Source: an uncultured beta proteobacterium (lineage in GTDB: Bacteria; Pseudomonadota; Gammaproteobacteria; Burkholderiales; Nitrosomonadaceae). From it: 32,000 nucleotides of DNA. Positions 1 to 11,057 of this stretch are shown here, in pieces. Numbering within the stretch: the stretch's first letter is position 1; each line of letters begins with the position of its first letter. The stretch lies in assembly GCA_942493155.1 (NCBI GenBank), contig OW818677.1, positions 2,169,302-2,201,301 of the forward strand, in the 5' to 3' direction. A program made the translations under genes and the position numbers. Under the pieces are notes generated by a model. The model ran no database searches and had not been told where the DNA came from. It saw only the letters and a program-made list of their open reading frames with translations.

Positions 1-1
1 T

Positions 2-616
2 GTTGAAATCATTGCTACTATTGCGGAAGTCATTTCTGATTATCCGTATATTCCGCTGGTCATGGATCCGGTATTAACTTCTGGACGTGGAGACGAGTTA
101 GCCAACGAAGACATGGTCGATGCCATGCGTGAATTGTTACTTCCGCAAGTCACGGTCTTGACGCCCAATAGTCTTGAGGCTCGGCATTTGGCTCAGCAGG
201 AAAATGACCCGAGTGAATCCAAATTGGATTTAAGTCTCTGTGCGCAAAGATTATTGCTGATGGGATGCGAATACGTACTTATCACCGGCACGCATGAAAA
301 TACGCAGCAGGTTAGAAATACACTGTTTGCTTCCAGCGGCATTATACGCACCGATGATTGGGAAAGACTTGAGCACACTTATCATGGTTCGGGCTGCACG
401 CTGGCGTCTGCGATAGCAGCTTCATTGGCTAATGGCTTATCAGTCAGTGACAGCGTACTTGAAGCTCAAGACTATACATGGCATACATTGCAGGCGGGTT
501 TTCGTCCAGGCATGGGACAATATATTCCCAATAGGCTTTTTTGGGCTAAAGATGGAGAAGATAACGAAGGCGAGCATGAAGAAAAGGAAGTAATCATTGA
601 GCAGCCTGAAAATTAG
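2..616 (+). CDS. thiD: Hydroxymethylpyrimidine/phosphomethylpyrimidine kinase, 3' part (5' end upstream of window)
   Basis: Frame is open from base 2 with no start. VMDPV, ITGTHE and YHGSGCTLASAIAA resemble ThiD-type kinase motifs. It overlaps the following thiE by 20 nt. Confidence 0.85.
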   Translation, partial: VEIIATIAEVISDYPYIPLVMDPVLTSGRGDELANEDMVDAMRELLLPQVTVLTPNSLEARHLAQQENDPSESKLDLSLCAQRLLLMGCEYVLITGTHENTQQVRNTLFASSGIIRTDDWERLEHTYHGSGCTLASAIAASLANGLSVSDSVLEAQDYTWHTLQAGFRPGMGQYIPNRLFWAKDGEDNEGEHEEKEVIIEQPEN

Positions 617-1229
617 CGGACCTTATGCAATAACTCCAGATCTTAATCAAACCAATGATCTGTTGAATAAAACCCGGCAGGTATTGGAAGGCGGAGTAAA
701 ACTCGTGCAATATCGTAACAAATCGGCCAATGAATCTTTACGTAGAGAACAAGCGAAATTACTATTGTCGCTTTGTCGAGAACACAACGCTCTATTAATT
801 ATTAATGATCATCTTGAAATAGCTATTGAGATAGATGCAGATGGAGTCCATGTGGGGAAAAATGATGTGTCGGTTTCTGCAGCGAAAAATCAACTTGGAC
901 ACAATAAAATTGTGGGAACCTCATGTTATAACCAGTTAGATTTAGCCATGCAGGCACAAAAAGACGGAGCAGATTATATTGCTTTCGGCGCTTTTTTTTC
1001 CTCACTGACGAAACCTAATGCAGTTTCAGTGTCTATAAGCTTAGTCAATCAAGCTCAAAAGGCGCTATCAATTCCTATTGTAGGCATCGGAGGTATTCAA
1101 TTGACTAACGCCAGAACAGTTATTCAAAGCGGATGCGCAGCAATCGCTGTGTGTCATGATTTATTTCAGGCTGAAAATATAAAAGCAACGGCAGAGCACT
1201 ATGTGCAATTATTTGCAGAAACCATGTAA
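597..1229 (+). CDS. thiE: Thiamine-phosphate synthase
   Basis: TTG start preceded by AAGGAAG. YAITPD, VQYRNK, DGVHVG, GTSCY, DYIAFGAFF and IVGIGGI are ThiE-like. Sits next to thiD. Confidence 0.85.
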   Translation: MSSLKISGPYAITPDLNQTNDLLNKTRQVLEGGVKLVQYRNKSANESLRREQAKLLLSLCREHNALLIINDHLEIAIEIDADGVHVGKNDVSVSAAKNQLGHNKIVGTSCYNQLDLAMQAQKDGADYIAFGAFFSSLTKPNAVSVSISLVNQAQKALSIPIVGIGGIQLTNARTVIQSGCAAIAVCHDLFQAENIKATAEHYVQLFAETM

Positions 1230-1278
1230 CGCATTAAAAACAAGATTATCCTTATAATTTTTTATCAAGAGTAACTCA

Positions 1279-2559
1279 ATGACTTCACGCAATCATCAAT
1301 TATTTGAACAGTCTCAACAATATATTCCTGGCGGAGTAAATTCACCCGTTCGTGCTTTTAAATCAGTGGGAGGGGAACCGATTTTTTTTCAGCGTGGTGA
1401 AGGGGCTTATTTTTGGGATGCCGATGGTAAATCCTATATTGATTATGTCGGATCTTGGGGACCATTGATTCTTGGTCACGCCAACCATGATGTCGTTAAG
1501 GCAGTGCAGACAGCCGCTCAAAATGGGCTAACATTTGGAGCGCCAACTGAAGCAGAACTAGAAATTGCCAAAATGATTTGCCACTTGCTGCCTTCAATCG
1601 AACAAGTCAGATTGGTCAGCTCTGGCACCGAAGCCGGCATGAGTGCCATCCGACTGGCACGTGGTTTTACAGGTCGAAGCCGGATTATAAAATTTGAAGG
1701 TTGTTATCATGGGCATGACGATGCTTTATTGGTTAAAGCTGGTTCTGGCGCATTGACATTTGGTCATCCGAGTTCTGCGGGAGTACCGGCTGAAACGGTG
1801 GGCCATACCATTGTTCTGGATTACAACGATATTTCCGGTATCGAAGCAACATTTAATCAATTCGGGCAGGAGATAGCTGCGGTAATTGTCGAGCCCGTTG
1901 CCGGTAATATGAATTTGGTTGCCCCCACTGCAGATTTCTTGACCAAATTACGGTCATTGTGTACTCAAAGTGGCAGTGTCTTGATATTTGATGAAGTCAT
2001 GACAGGATTCCGTGTTGATCTTAAGTGCGCGCAAGGGCTTTACCAAATCAAACCGGATCTGACTATTTTAGGTAAGGTAATTGGTGGCGGCATGCCGATG
2101 GCCGCATTTGGCGGCAGGCGCGAAATTATGCAATGTTTAGCGCCGCTGGGGCCGGTTTATCAGGCAGGCACATTATCTGGCAATCCGGTTGCAGTGGCCG
2201 CAGGTCTCGCCACGCTAAAACAGATCCAAGCCCCCGGTTTTTATGAAAAACTGAGCAACAGAACACAGCAATTAGTCGATGGCATTAGTGCATCTGCCAA
2301 GCAATATGGTATTGATTTTTGCGCGCAATCGGTGGGAGGCATGTTCGGCTTATATTTCAGAAAAGAAATTCCGACCAGTTTTGCTGAAGTGATGCAATGT
2401 GACAAGGAATCTTTCAATCGATTCTTTCACGCGATGTTGAATGAAGGCATATATTTTGCTCCATCGGCATTTGAAGCTGGTTTTGTATCATCCGTACATG
2501 GCGATAATGAATTAAGTAAGACACTATCTGCTGCAGATAAAATATTTAAGAACTGGTAA
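1279..2559 (+). CDS. hemL: Glutamate-1-semialdehyde 2,1-aminomutase
   Basis: 426 aa. [31 protein letters not shown] and [11 protein letters not shown] (PLP lysine context) are typical of HemL. Confidence 0.92.
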   Translation: MTSRNHQLFEQSQQYIPGGVNSPVRAFKSVGGEPIFFQRGEGAYFWDADGKSYIDYVGSWGPLILGHANHDVVKAVQTAAQNGLTFGAPTEAELEIAKMICHLLPSIEQVRLVSSGTEAGMSAIRLARGFTGRSRIIKFEGCYHGHDDALLVKAGSGALTFGHPSSAGVPAETVGHTIVLDYNDISGIEATFNQFGQEIAAVIVEPVAGNMNLVAPTADFLTKLRSLCTQSGSVLIFDEVMTGFRVDLKCAQGLYQIKPDLTILGKVIGGGMPMAAFGGRREIMQCLAPLGPVYQAGTLSGNPVAVAAGLATLKQIQAPGFYEKLSNRTQQLVDGISASAKQYGIDFCAQSVGGMFGLYFRKEIPTSFAEVMQCDKESFNRFFHAMLNEGIYFAPSAFEAGFVSSVHGDNELSKTLSAADKIFKNW

Positions 2560-2582
2560 ATACTCATTAAGAAATTAATCAT

Positions 2583-2612
2583 AAAAAAAGGCGACTTGAG
2601 TCGCCTTTTTTT
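2583..2612. terminator. Bidirectional rho-independent terminator between hemL (+) and cytochrome c4 (-)
   Basis: A7-GGCGAC-TTGA-GTCGCC-T7: a perfect 6-bp GC stem flanked by an A-run and a T-run, between convergent genes. Confidence 0.8.
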
Positions 2613-2650
2613 ATACCGCCCAATTTATAAGCAGGGCTTTTTATTAATTT

Positions 2651-3307
2651 TCAGCGCATGGTAGAAATATAGACAGAAACAGCGCGTTTTTCTTGTCCAC
2701 TCATACGAGTCAGAACTTTCTGCATTATTTGATTGTCGTTGCCACGGTCGCCTGTGTTAAACAAATTGAGCTGAGTCAGGGTATATTCTGCATGCTGGCC
2801 AGCTACTGCAGGGTAGTGCGGCGGAATGCCTGATCCATTAGGGCCATGACAACTGGCACAAGCAGGCACGCCATTCTCGATATTGCCGCCATGATAAAGA
2901 ATCTTACCTATTTCGATCAATTTCGCATCAGCATCAGTAGCTACTTGACTTGGATTCGCTTTCTGTTTTGCATAGTACGCGCCCAGTTTCTTCATATCAT
3001 CCTGCGAAAGTGCCGCTACCATGGATGACATCACAGGGCTGTTTCGTTTTGCCGGTTGGGTTTCAGTTGCCTTAAAATCAATTAACTGCTTGGTGATATA
3101 CTCAGCGTGTTGTCCTGCCAAGATCGGATTCATTGGAATAACGCTATTACCATCTGCGCTATGGCAACCTGCACATACTCCGGATGCAGTTTCTTCAACG
3201 GTGGCAGGTGCAGCGGGAGCCGCATCTGGATTTTCTGTCGTTTCAGCTGAGATGGGTGCAGATAGCGCTAACGCTAGCAGCATGACTGTATTCTTAATCA
3301 TTTTCAT
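2651..3307 (-). CDS. Dihaem cytochrome c4, periplasmic
   Basis: N-terminal signal peptide (LLALALSAPISA). Two CxxCH haem motifs (CAGCH, CASCH), each followed by a distal Met region. About 200 aa. Confidence 0.85.
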   Translation of the reverse strand: MKMIKNTVMLLALALSAPISAETTENPDAAPAAPATVEETASGVCAGCHSADGNSVIPMNPILAGQHAEYITKQLIDFKATETQPAKRNSPVMSSMVAALSQDDMKKLGAYYAKQKANPSQVATDADAKLIEIGKILYHGGNIENGVPACASCHGPNGSGIPPHYPAVAGQHAEYTLTQLNLFNTGDRGNDNQIMQKVLTRMSGQEKRAVSVYISTMR

Positions 3308-3444
3308 ATTTCATATCCTGTTCTTAAAAAGGAGTTCAAAAGTTGGTAGATGTATTTGACAGTTAACGTCATATTTTAGCAAGGCACAAGAACGTTAACA
3401 ACAAAATTAAGTTAATATCAAATTTTAAAAATTTATTCATTTCA

Positions 3445-4038
3445 ATGAAAATAATCTTTATTCTGCTACTGATTATTAATATCGCTTATGTGATTGGCAT
3501 ACAATTTTACGCAAATGATCAGCAGGCAGCAGTGCCACAATTAATGAATGCTGAGAAAATCATATTGCTGCCAGCAAGCGAGAACTGCTTGGAGTGGGGC
3601 AATTTTCATGAAGAGCAAATGCAGTATGCTGAAACGATTTTATCAGAAATGGTTTCTGATAAAACTTATGAACTGGAAGAAGCGGGTAATGCCTTGATGT
3701 ATTGGTTAGCTATTCCACCCTTCATGAATAAAGAAGCAGCCAATCGTGAAATTAATAAACTAAGAAATCTTGGCATCGTCAGTTTTCGCGTAAAAGACGA
3801 AAATCAATGGAAGAATGCCATCTCTCTAGGCATATTCCATGATAAAAATGAAGCACTTAAGCAACTGCAAGAAATAGAAAACAAAGGCATCGAAAATGCC
3901 ATGATTGAAGAGCGCAGTGTCACTTTAAAGAAAATTGTTTTTCATAATCCCTCACGAATGCTTACAGAGCAAATGGAGAAATTAGTTAAACAATTTGAAG
4001 ATACCCATTTAGCTGAAAAAAAGTGTGAACGCTTATAA
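3445..4038 (+). CDS. Membrane-anchored SPOR-like domain protein (hypothetical)
   Basis: N-terminal TM helix. The C-terminal part (YWLAIPPF...EANREINKLRNLGI...ISLGIFHDKNEA) resembles SPOR peptidoglycan-binding repeats. Weak call. Confidence 0.45.
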   Translation: MKIIFILLLIINIAYVIGIQFYANDQQAAVPQLMNAEKIILLPASENCLEWGNFHEEQMQYAETILSEMVSDKTYELEEAGNALMYWLAIPPFMNKEAANREINKLRNLGIVSFRVKDENQWKNAISLGIFHDKNEALKQLQEIENKGIENAMIEERSVTLKKIVFHNPSRMLTEQMEKLVKQFEDTHLAEKKCERL

Positions 4039-4166
4039 TGTCAATCAATAAAGATCACTGGGTTGCGGCTATAATTAACCACATGCAAAACAAAATGCAG
4101 TAGTGCTTATTAACGTAAGCTTCTATAATTACTACGTATATCACTGAATAATCAAACTAAATAACA

Positions 4167-4973
4167 ATGACGGTACACATAAAAACAGCGCAGGAAATTG
4201 AAAAAATGCGTATTGCTGGTCGATTAGCCTCCGAGGTACTTGATTACATTACTCCATTTGTCGAGGTAGGGGTCACCACAGAGGAGCTTGATACGCTGTG
4301 TCATCACTACATGGTCGATGTGCAGAATACTATTCCCGCACCGCTAAACTATGCGCCTTCAGGTCATTCACCTTATCCTAAATCGATTTGTACTTCTGTC
4401 AATAATCAAATCTGCCACGGCGTTCCGGGACAGAAAAAATTAAAAAACGGCGATATCATTAATATTGATATCACTGTCATTTACCAGGGTTACCATGGCG
4501 ATACCAGTCGCATGTTCTACGTGGGAGAACCTTCCATTCAAGCCAAACGCTTATGTGAAGTGACATATGAAGCCATGTGGAGAGGGATCGATCAAATTAA
4601 GCCCGGCAAGCATTTAGGCGATATCGGTCATGCCATTCAGAAGCTGACAGAAGGCGTCGGATACAGTGTGGTTAGAGAGTTCTGCGGGCATGGCATCGGT
4701 GCAAAATTTCATGAAAATCCACAAGTGCTGCATTACGGACGCCCAGGCACTGGTCTCGCGCTTAAACCCGGCATGATATTTACGGTGGAACCAATGATTA
4801 ATGCAGGCAAAGCGGCCATTCGCCATCTACCGGATGGATGGACGGTCACCACCAAGGATGGAAGCTTATCGGCACAATGGGAGCATACCGTCTTGGTAAC
4901 TGAAGATGGCTATGAAGTGTTGACTGTTTCGACGGGTTCGCCTGCTAAGCCTGTTTATCGATATGCAGTTTAA
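4167..4973 (+). CDS. map: Type I methionine aminopeptidase
   Basis: GDIINIDIT, GYHGDTSRMF, FCGHGIG, FTVEPMIN and QWEHTVLVT give the D-D-H-E-E metal-ligand pattern. Confidence 0.93.
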   Translation: MTVHIKTAQEIEKMRIAGRLASEVLDYITPFVEVGVTTEELDTLCHHYMVDVQNTIPAPLNYAPSGHSPYPKSICTSVNNQICHGVPGQKKLKNGDIINIDITVIYQGYHGDTSRMFYVGEPSIQAKRLCEVTYEAMWRGIDQIKPGKHLGDIGHAIQKLTEGVGYSVVREFCGHGIGAKFHENPQVLHYGRPGTGLALKPGMIFTVEPMINAGKAAIRHLPDGWTVTTKDGSLSAQWEHTVLVTEDGYEVLTVSTGSPAKPVYRYAV

Positions 4974-4993
4974 CTTTTCATACTGAAAAATAA

Positions 4994-5734
4994 GTGACCA
5001 TGACACGAAGTAATCATCGCACCCCCACTCAAATCCGCCCGGTTAACATCACTCGGCATTATACGAAACACGCCGATGGCGCTGTCCTGATCGAATGCGG
5101 GGATACAAAAGTGATTTGTACCGCCAGTATCAGTGAACAAGTGCCGCCTTTTCTGAAAGGCAAAGGACAGGGATGGCTGACTGCCGAATACGGCATGCTG
5201 CCTTGTTCGACGCATTCGCGCATGCAGCGCGAAGCGGCGAAAGGTAAACAATCCGGACGCACGATGGAAATTCAACGGCTTATTGGGCGCGCATTACGAG
5301 CTGTTGTTGATTTGGGAAAATTAGGCGAACGAACCATACAAATCGATTGCGATGTCATCCAAGCCGATGGTGGCACCCGAACCGCGAGTATTACCGGTGC
5401 TTTTGTGGCATTGCATGACGCCGTGGAGCAACTGATTTATCGTCAACTACTCGAAACCTCACCAATCATCGATCACGTGGCAGCAATTTCCGTAGGCATT
5501 CATCAAGGCACGCCGGTACTCGATCTGGATTATGTGGAAGATTCTTCATGTGATACCGACATGAATGTCGTCATGACTGGCCATTCCGGCATCGTCGAAG
5601 TACAAGGCACGGCTGAAGGGGTCGCATTCAACCGAAAAGAATTGGATATCATGCTGGATATGGCGCAACAGGGGATTCAGGAGCTGATTGCAATACAAAG
5701 AAAGGTGCTAGCCCTGGAAGCAAAGCATGGATAA
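4994..5734 (+). CDS. rph: Ribonuclease PH
   Basis: [23 protein letters not shown] and [18 protein letters not shown] are RNase PH motifs. Start is GTG 4994 or ATG 5000. Confidence 0.92.
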   Translation: MTMTRSNHRTPTQIRPVNITRHYTKHADGAVLIECGDTKVICTASISEQVPPFLKGKGQGWLTAEYGMLPCSTHSRMQREAAKGKQSGRTMEIQRLIGRALRAVVDLGKLGERTIQIDCDVIQADGGTRTASITGAFVALHDAVEQLIYRQLLETSPIIDHVAAISVGIHQGTPVLDLDYVEDSSCDTDMNVVMTGHSGIVEVQGTAEGVAFNRKELDIMLDMAQQGIQELIAIQRKVLALEAKHG

Positions 5735-6329
5735 GCTGAAAAAGCTGGTGATCGCCAGTAATAATCAGGGCAAGTTGCGTGAGATCAACACCTTGCTGGA
5801 ACCTCTGGCGATCGAGGCAGTACCGCAATCCGATTTTGATGCTGGCGAAGTGGACGAGCCTTACGCCACCTTTGTCGAAAATGCACTGACCAAAGCGCGT
5901 CATGCCAGCCGCTGCTCAGGATTACCGGCATTGGCGGATGATTCGGGCATCTGCGTCAGTGCGCTGGGCGGTGCGCCGGGCGTTACCTCCGCACGCTACG
6001 CCGGAGAGCCGAGATCCGATGAACGCAATAACCTGAAACTGATTGAAACGCTTAAAAATCAATCGAACCGATGCGCCTATTACTACTGCGTGATTGTTTT
6101 GGTGCGTCATGCCGATGACCCGCAACCCATCATAGTCGATGGATCGTGGTATGGTGAAATCGTCGATCAGCCGCGGGGCGAGGGCGGGTTTGGTTACGAT
6201 CCGCACTTCTTTCTATCCGAGTTTGGCAAAACATCAGCCGAGCTTTCCGCTGAACAGAAAAACCGAATCAGCCACCGCGGCCAGGCGCTGGCGCAATTGG
6301 TGGATATTTTGCGCGCTGGGAAATTTTGA
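5727..6329 (+). CDS. rdgB: Non-canonical purine NTP pyrophosphatase (dITP/XTP pyrophosphatase)
   Basis: [25 protein letters not shown] and ISHRG are typical. The conserved rph-rdgB adjacency is present. Confidence 0.9.
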   Translation: MDKLKKLVIASNNQGKLREINTLLEPLAIEAVPQSDFDAGEVDEPYATFVENALTKARHASRCSGLPALADDSGICVSALGGAPGVTSARYAGEPRSDERNNLKLIETLKNQSNRCAYYYCVIVLVRHADDPQPIIVDGSWYGEIVDQPRGEGGFGYDPHFFLSEFGKTSAELSAEQKNRISHRGQALAQLVDILRAGKF

Positions 6330-6728
6330 GAAAACATCAGGAACATAATCACCAAAGCTTGCCGAGCTTTCTACAATAACAACCCTATAACACACCTCTT
6401 TACATAAATCCCGCTTGTTTTAGCCCATGGATAAGCGTGTTGGACGGAATATTCATGTGGAATATTTGGCATAAATCAAGTGCCTTATTTCTAGTAAATG
6501 CGTGATTCTTGTACCTCTACCTGATTTTCTACTTGCTCAGATTACGATAGATAGTGATCGGTCTTGGTTTGATCCAGCTCAATATCTCACATATCGCAGT
6601 TGGTATCCTGCGAAATAATGTAACAAAAAGTTTGATTATCAATTGTTCATTAAAATGTCTTATCTGCGTATTACCTATTTTTGAAAAATCGAATTATTAA
6701 AAATTTTAAACTCGCAAAGGGGGCAATC

Positions 6729-7565
6729 ATGAAAAAATATCAGGCACTAATGATACCGTTGGGTGTCGTCTTACTTAGCTTCGCCGGAGGCTTGCAGGCG
6801 AAGAAAATTCTGCTTTGGAACACACTGGATAGTGAAGAAGCTGTCATGAACAGCGAAATAGGCCCGAACGGCACCATCGTCGGCACGGCATTCGCCTTCG
6901 AAGCTGGCCAGTTCGGCAATGGCTACATTCGCAAGGACTTAGGTGATAACTGGGTCGAGTTCCCGCAATCCATTCCGGAACAGTTACATGGCGAAGGCAC
7001 GGTCGAAATGTGGATTGTTCCGAAGGTACCGCATCCGGAACCATATGAGTACGGCGCCTTTGGTTTGCTAAATGGCGTCTACGGCCCCTACGGCGGTTTC
7101 CGGTTGAACTGGGGGGATGGGGTTACTGGACTGGGCATTTGGGCTGATCTCGATACCATCGTTCCTACGCCCACTACGTCATCGGAACCACAACAGTTTG
7201 TCGCAACGCCGGGCGTCCCTTTTCACGTTGCGTTAACTTGGGATACAACTGGAATTGATGGATCGGCAGATACAATGCGCGTATATCGTGACGGTAATGT
7301 CGTCGGGAGCACTACGATCACATGGGATCCGGCTAGTCCTGGCCTGACTCCACATCCTCTCCTGATTGGCTGGAGTCCCGACGGCGGAGGTTATGACAAG
7401 TACATCACCGACCAGATCGTTGTCAGGGACTACGCAAAGGTGTCATATGCTGACCGGTTCGATGCTGTGCCGTCGATTCCAGAACCACAAACCTACGCCA
7501 TGTTATTAGCTGGTTTAGCGGTGCTGGGATTCATGGCGCGCCGCAGAAAAGAAACTATCATTTAA
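6729..7565 (+). CDS. PEP-CTERM sorting-domain secreted protein (possible LamG/lectin-like fold)
   Basis: ATG 6729 is preceded by AAAGGGGG. Signal peptide ends in AGGLQA. C-terminus is PEPQTYAMLLAGLAVLGFMARRRK: a PEP motif, a TM helix and a basic tail. Confidence 0.8.
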   Translation: MKKYQALMIPLGVVLLSFAGGLQAKKILLWNTLDSEEAVMNSEIGPNGTIVGTAFAFEAGQFGNGYIRKDLGDNWVEFPQSIPEQLHGEGTVEMWIVPKVPHPEPYEYGAFGLLNGVYGPYGGFRLNWGDGVTGLGIWADLDTIVPTPTTSSEPQQFVATPGVPFHVALTWDTTGIDGSADTMRVYRDGNVVGSTTITWDPASPGLTPHPLLIGWSPDGGGYDKYITDQIVVRDYAKVSYADRFDAVPSIPEPQTYAMLLAGLAVLGFMARRRKETII

Positions 7566-7671
7566 TTCAACCATACATTTAATCCATAACGGAGGTCTAG
7601 GCTTCCGTTATGGTTAAGTGATAATTGACGCGAATCAAGAAAATAAAAACAGAAAACGAGGTCTTTAATTA

Positions 7672-8508
7672 TCATAGCAACGCATCGCGATGATATTTCA
7701 AATGCTCGCCGATAAATGTGCTGATGAAATAATAACTATGATCGTAGTCCTGATGGTAATGCAACGTCAGTTTCTGACCGGTCGCAGCGCAGGCATTTTC
7801 CAGGTGGTGCGGGTGCAGTTGTTCGGTCAGAAATTGATCGTTCAAGCCTTGATCGACCAGGAGATCCGGCACCTTGCGGCCATCTTTGATGAGTGCAGTG
7901 GCGTCATATAGCTGCCAGTTTTCCTGATTTTCTCCGAGATAATTCCGAAATGCCTTTTGCCCCCATGGACATTGCATCGGTGCGCAAATAGGAGCAAAAG
8001 CCGACACTGAACGATACAATTCAGGGTAGCGTAGCGCCAGTGTCAATGCGCCGTGTCCACCCATGGAATGGCCAAAGATGCCCACGCGATTTTCATCAGC
8101 AGGAAAATGCTTGATGATGAGGCCACGCAATTCCTGGGTGATATAACTTTCCATACGATAAAAATTGCACCAAGGCTCGGTAGTTGCATCCAGATAAAAT
8201 CCAGCTCCCGCACCGAAATCCCAATGATCCGCTTCTCCTGCGATACCGGTTTGGCGCGGGCTGGTGTCCATCGATACCAACATTAGACCGTATTCTGCTG
8301 CGTAACGCTGCGCACCGGCTTTGATCATGAACGTTTCTTCGGTGCAGGTCAGTCCGGCCAGGAAAAACAGCACTGGCACGGCATGATCTTTGGCTTGCGG
8401 GGGTTGATAAACCGAAAATCGCATGGGTAAGCCAATGATCGACGATGGGTGCTGATAAAAGCCTTGTATTCCACCAAAGCAAGCATGTTGATTGCGGGTT
8501 TCTAACAT
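7672..8508 (-). CDS. fghA: S-formylglutathione hydrolase (esterase D family)
   Basis: GHSMGGHGAL serine-hydrolase motif and HQDYDHSYYFI C-terminal motif. Lies directly downstream of class III ADH. Confidence 0.9.
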   Translation of the reverse strand: MLETRNQHACFGGIQGFYQHPSSIIGLPMRFSVYQPPQAKDHAVPVLFFLAGLTCTEETFMIKAGAQRYAAEYGLMLVSMDTSPRQTGIAGEADHWDFGAGAGFYLDATTEPWCNFYRMESYITQELRGLIIKHFPADENRVGIFGHSMGGHGALTLALRYPELYRSVSAFAPICAPMQCPWGQKAFRNYLGENQENWQLYDATALIKDGRKVPDLLVDQGLNDQFLTEQLHPHHLENACAATGQKLTLHYHQDYDHSYYFISTFIGEHLKYHRDALL

Positions 8509-8515
8509 ATCACCA

Positions 8516-9622
8516 CTAATAAATAACGACTGAGCGAATCGATTCGCCCGCTTTCATCAAACGAAAACCTTCATTAATGTCATCCAGCGATAGGGTATGG
8601 GTGATCAGTGAATCAATATCGATTTTTCCTTCCATATACCAGTCTACAATTTTAGGCACATCAGTGCGGCCTCGTGCGCCACCAAAGGCAGAACCTTCCC
8701 ACTTTCTCCCTGTAACCAACTGGAAAGGGCGAGTGCTAATTTCAGCGCCAGCTTCTGCTACGCCAATAATAATGCTGCGCCCCCAGCCTTTATGCGTGCA
8801 CTCCAGGGCTTGCCGCATGACCTTGGTATTGCCGATACACTCGAAGCTGTAATCAGCGCCTCCGTTCGTCAGTTGCACGATCGCATCTACAATATTGGGT
8901 ACATCATTGGGGTTGATGAAATGCGTCATGCCAAATTTTCTCGCCATCGCTTCTCGCTGGGGATTGATATCGATACCGATAATTTTATCCGCACCCACCA
9001 TGCGAGCACCTTGTATGACATTCAAACCGATTCCACCCAGGCCAAACACAACGACATTGCTGCCAGCTTCCACCTTGGCGGTATAGATGACTGCGCCAAT
9101 GCCGGTGGTTACTCCGCAGCCGATGTAACATACTTTATCAAAAGGAGCATCTTCACGAATCTTTGCCAATGCTATTTCAGGTACGACCGTGTAATTGGCG
9201 AAAGTGGATGTTCCCATGTAATGCAGTAATGGTTTTCCATCCAGAGAAAATCGCGATGTGTTGTCCGGCATTACGCCACGCCCCTGCGTACTGCGGATGG
9301 CTTGGCACAGGTTGGTTTTTTGCGAAAGACAAAACTTGCATTCCCGGCATTCCGGAGTGTACAAAGGAATGACATGGTCACCCTTGCGTAAGGATTTTAC
9401 ATCGGGACCGACATCAACCACCACGCCAGCGCCTTCGTGACCCAGAATGGCTGGAAACAAACCTTCCGGATCCGCACCTGAAAGTGTGTAATAGTCAGTG
9501 TGACAAATACCGGTCGCTTTGATTTCGACCAATACTTCACCAGATTTCGGACCTTCCAGATCAACGTCTTCTATTGTTAACGGTTCACCGGCCTTCCAGG
9601 CAACAGCAGCTCTTGTTTTCAT
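8516..9622 (-). CDS. frmA: S-(hydroxymethyl)glutathione dehydrogenase / class III alcohol dehydrogenase
   Basis: [21 protein letters not shown] structural-zinc cluster and GLGGIGL Rossmann motif. 368 aa. Confidence 0.92.
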   Translation of the reverse strand: MKTRAAVAWKAGEPLTIEDVDLEGPKSGEVLVEIKATGICHTDYYTLSGADPEGLFPAILGHEGAGVVVDVGPDVKSLRKGDHVIPLYTPECRECKFCLSQKTNLCQAIRSTQGRGVMPDNTSRFSLDGKPLLHYMGTSTFANYTVVPEIALAKIREDAPFDKVCYIGCGVTTGIGAVIYTAKVEAGSNVVVFGLGGIGLNVIQGARMVGADKIIGIDINPQREAMARKFGMTHFINPNDVPNIVDAIVQLTNGGADYSFECIGNTKVMRQALECTHKGWGRSIIIGVAEAGAEISTRPFQLVTGRKWEGSAFGGARGRTDVPKIVDWYMEGKIDIDSLITHTLSLDDINEGFRLMKAGESIRSVVIY

Positions 9623-10128
9623 TAGAACATTTCCTTTTTATTGTTGCATAGATGCGCAAGGAGCCCATGACTGGCTTCTTCAACCATATTCAATACCAGT
9701 TCGAAACCTTCGTGTCCACCAAAATAGGGGTCGGGCACCTCTGCATTGGAATTGGCGCTTTTGCTATATTGCATGAATAACTGAATCTTGCTCAGGTGCT
9801 GTTGAGGGCTCTTTTGTTGCAATAAACTAAGATTCTCTTTGTCCATCGCAAGAATATAGTCGAACTCTTCAAAATCGCTGGCTTGAACGGCACGTGCACG
9901 CAAATCGTGCATTTGATAACCACGTTTCAAAGCAGTGTGCTGGGCGCGTTGATCCGGCGGATTGCCAATGTGATAAGCATGAGTGCCCGCAGAATCAACT
10001 TCAATCATATGATCAACCCCCGATTCTTTCACAAAATGTCTGAATACAGCATCGGCTGTGGGTGATCGGCAGATATTGCCCATGCAGACAAATAAAACTT
10101 TGGTTTTTTTAAGTGCTTCAGATTTCAT
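9622..10128 (-). CDS. Low-molecular-weight protein tyrosine phosphatase
   Basis: [14 protein letters not shown]-loop (CX5RS), then DSAGT and DPYFG. Confidence 0.85.
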   Translation of the reverse strand: MKSEALKKTKVLFVCMGNICRSPTADAVFRHFVKESGVDHMIEVDSAGTHAYHIGNPPDQRAQHTALKRGYQMHDLRARAVQASDFEEFDYILAMDKENLSLLQQKSPQQHLSKIQLFMQYSKSANSNAEVPDPYFGGHEGFELVLNMVEEASHGLLAHLCNNKKEMF

Positions 10129-10439
10129 ATGAATTTTCTAAAAATGATAGGGATTGTTTCTTAGGAAACTGCCATGGATTTGAATTTGATTACTATATAT
10201 TTCGCACGATAGAGATTATCACGAAGATCGTTAAAATAGAATTCGGTTATGTGTGCAATTAATACATCCATCTATTTTTATAATCATGATTTATATCATT
10301 ATTGTTGACTCAGATATATTGAATCTTTTAAAAAAACATCCGTAATATGAAACATAAGAATTTCAGATTACGAAATTATTTTCTACGATGATAAACGATA
10401 GATCAATTTCTCTGCTTAAAGCCAGAAGGGTTATACGAT

Positions 10440-10697
10440 ATGTCACTAAAAAATTCAATTAAGGAATTTAAAGCACTATTGGGTGATGAGGAATCACTGC
10501 TTGATATTAATTATCCCAAGATCTCCGAAATGATTAAATTGCATTGGGGCTATAAAGAAATTTATCTATACATCAATAAGCTACTTGTTGTTGATAAAGA
10601 TCGCAGCAGACAAGGGTTTCCTATCGAGGTTATAAAAGAAATCTACCTCTTGCAAGAAATACATGAAAAGCTATTTCCTGGTTTGAAAAAAATGTAA
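10440..10697 (+). CDS. Hypothetical 85-aa protein in an AT-rich flank
   Basis: ORF only. No motif recognised. Lies in very AT-rich DNA between the chromosomal genes and the prophage breakpoint. Confidence 0.35.
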   Translation: MSLKNSIKEFKALLGDEESLLDINYPKISEMIKLHWGYKEIYLYINKLLVVDKDRSRQGFPIEVIKEIYLLQEIHEKLFPGLKKM

Positions 10698-11057
10698 TTG
10701 AGGAGGTAAGTATGGTAAAGAAAGCATTTACTCTACTCTCATAGGTCCGAATTTTCAAAGTTACAATAATTTTATTTCAAAAGCAGCTGAGGTCAATGAT
10801 TTAAAAAATCATGAGATGAAGAATTTGCATAGAAATTACAGAAGGTTATTATCCTAGCCCTGAAATAGCATGTAATGCTGCTGTGAAAGTCCATTATAAC
10901 GGCGCATATTCTGCTAACCCTGCGCCTTACAATGGACAAGATAATTATTATGATTGTCATTATAAGGATGCTAATGGTAATCCTACTTATATTTCTGGTT
11001 ATTCTCCCCGTTCGGCTGGTTGCCCTGATAACTAGAGCTTACTCAGAAATTCAGCGA

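Noticed and set aside
6330-6728. Unusually long (400 bp) intergenic region between rdgB and the PEP-CTERM gene
   Set aside because: I found no repeat, hairpin, RNA-like structure or ORF that I could support. It is probably promoter or leader DNA.
7584-7613. Hairpin CCATAACGGA...TCCGTTATGG after the PEP-CTERM gene as a terminator
   Set aside because: The 10-bp stem is good, but no T-run follows it. I left it out of the feature list as unsupported, though it may still act as a terminator or RNA-stability element.
8096-9229. Multiple antisense or alternative-frame ORFs inside fghA and frmA. The same occurs at 3021-3359, 4970-5275, 5649-6206, 28106-29295 and 31180-31858.
   Set aside because: These are shadow ORFs inside well-supported genes with clear family motifs on the other strand or frame.
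10347-10374. Possible left dif-like site ATGAAACATAA-GAATTT-CAGATTACGAA
   Set aside because: Only the XerD-arm-like half matches, at 9 of 11 positions. The central region and other arm are unrelated to the two good sites. Such a match is plausible by chance in very AT-rich DNA.
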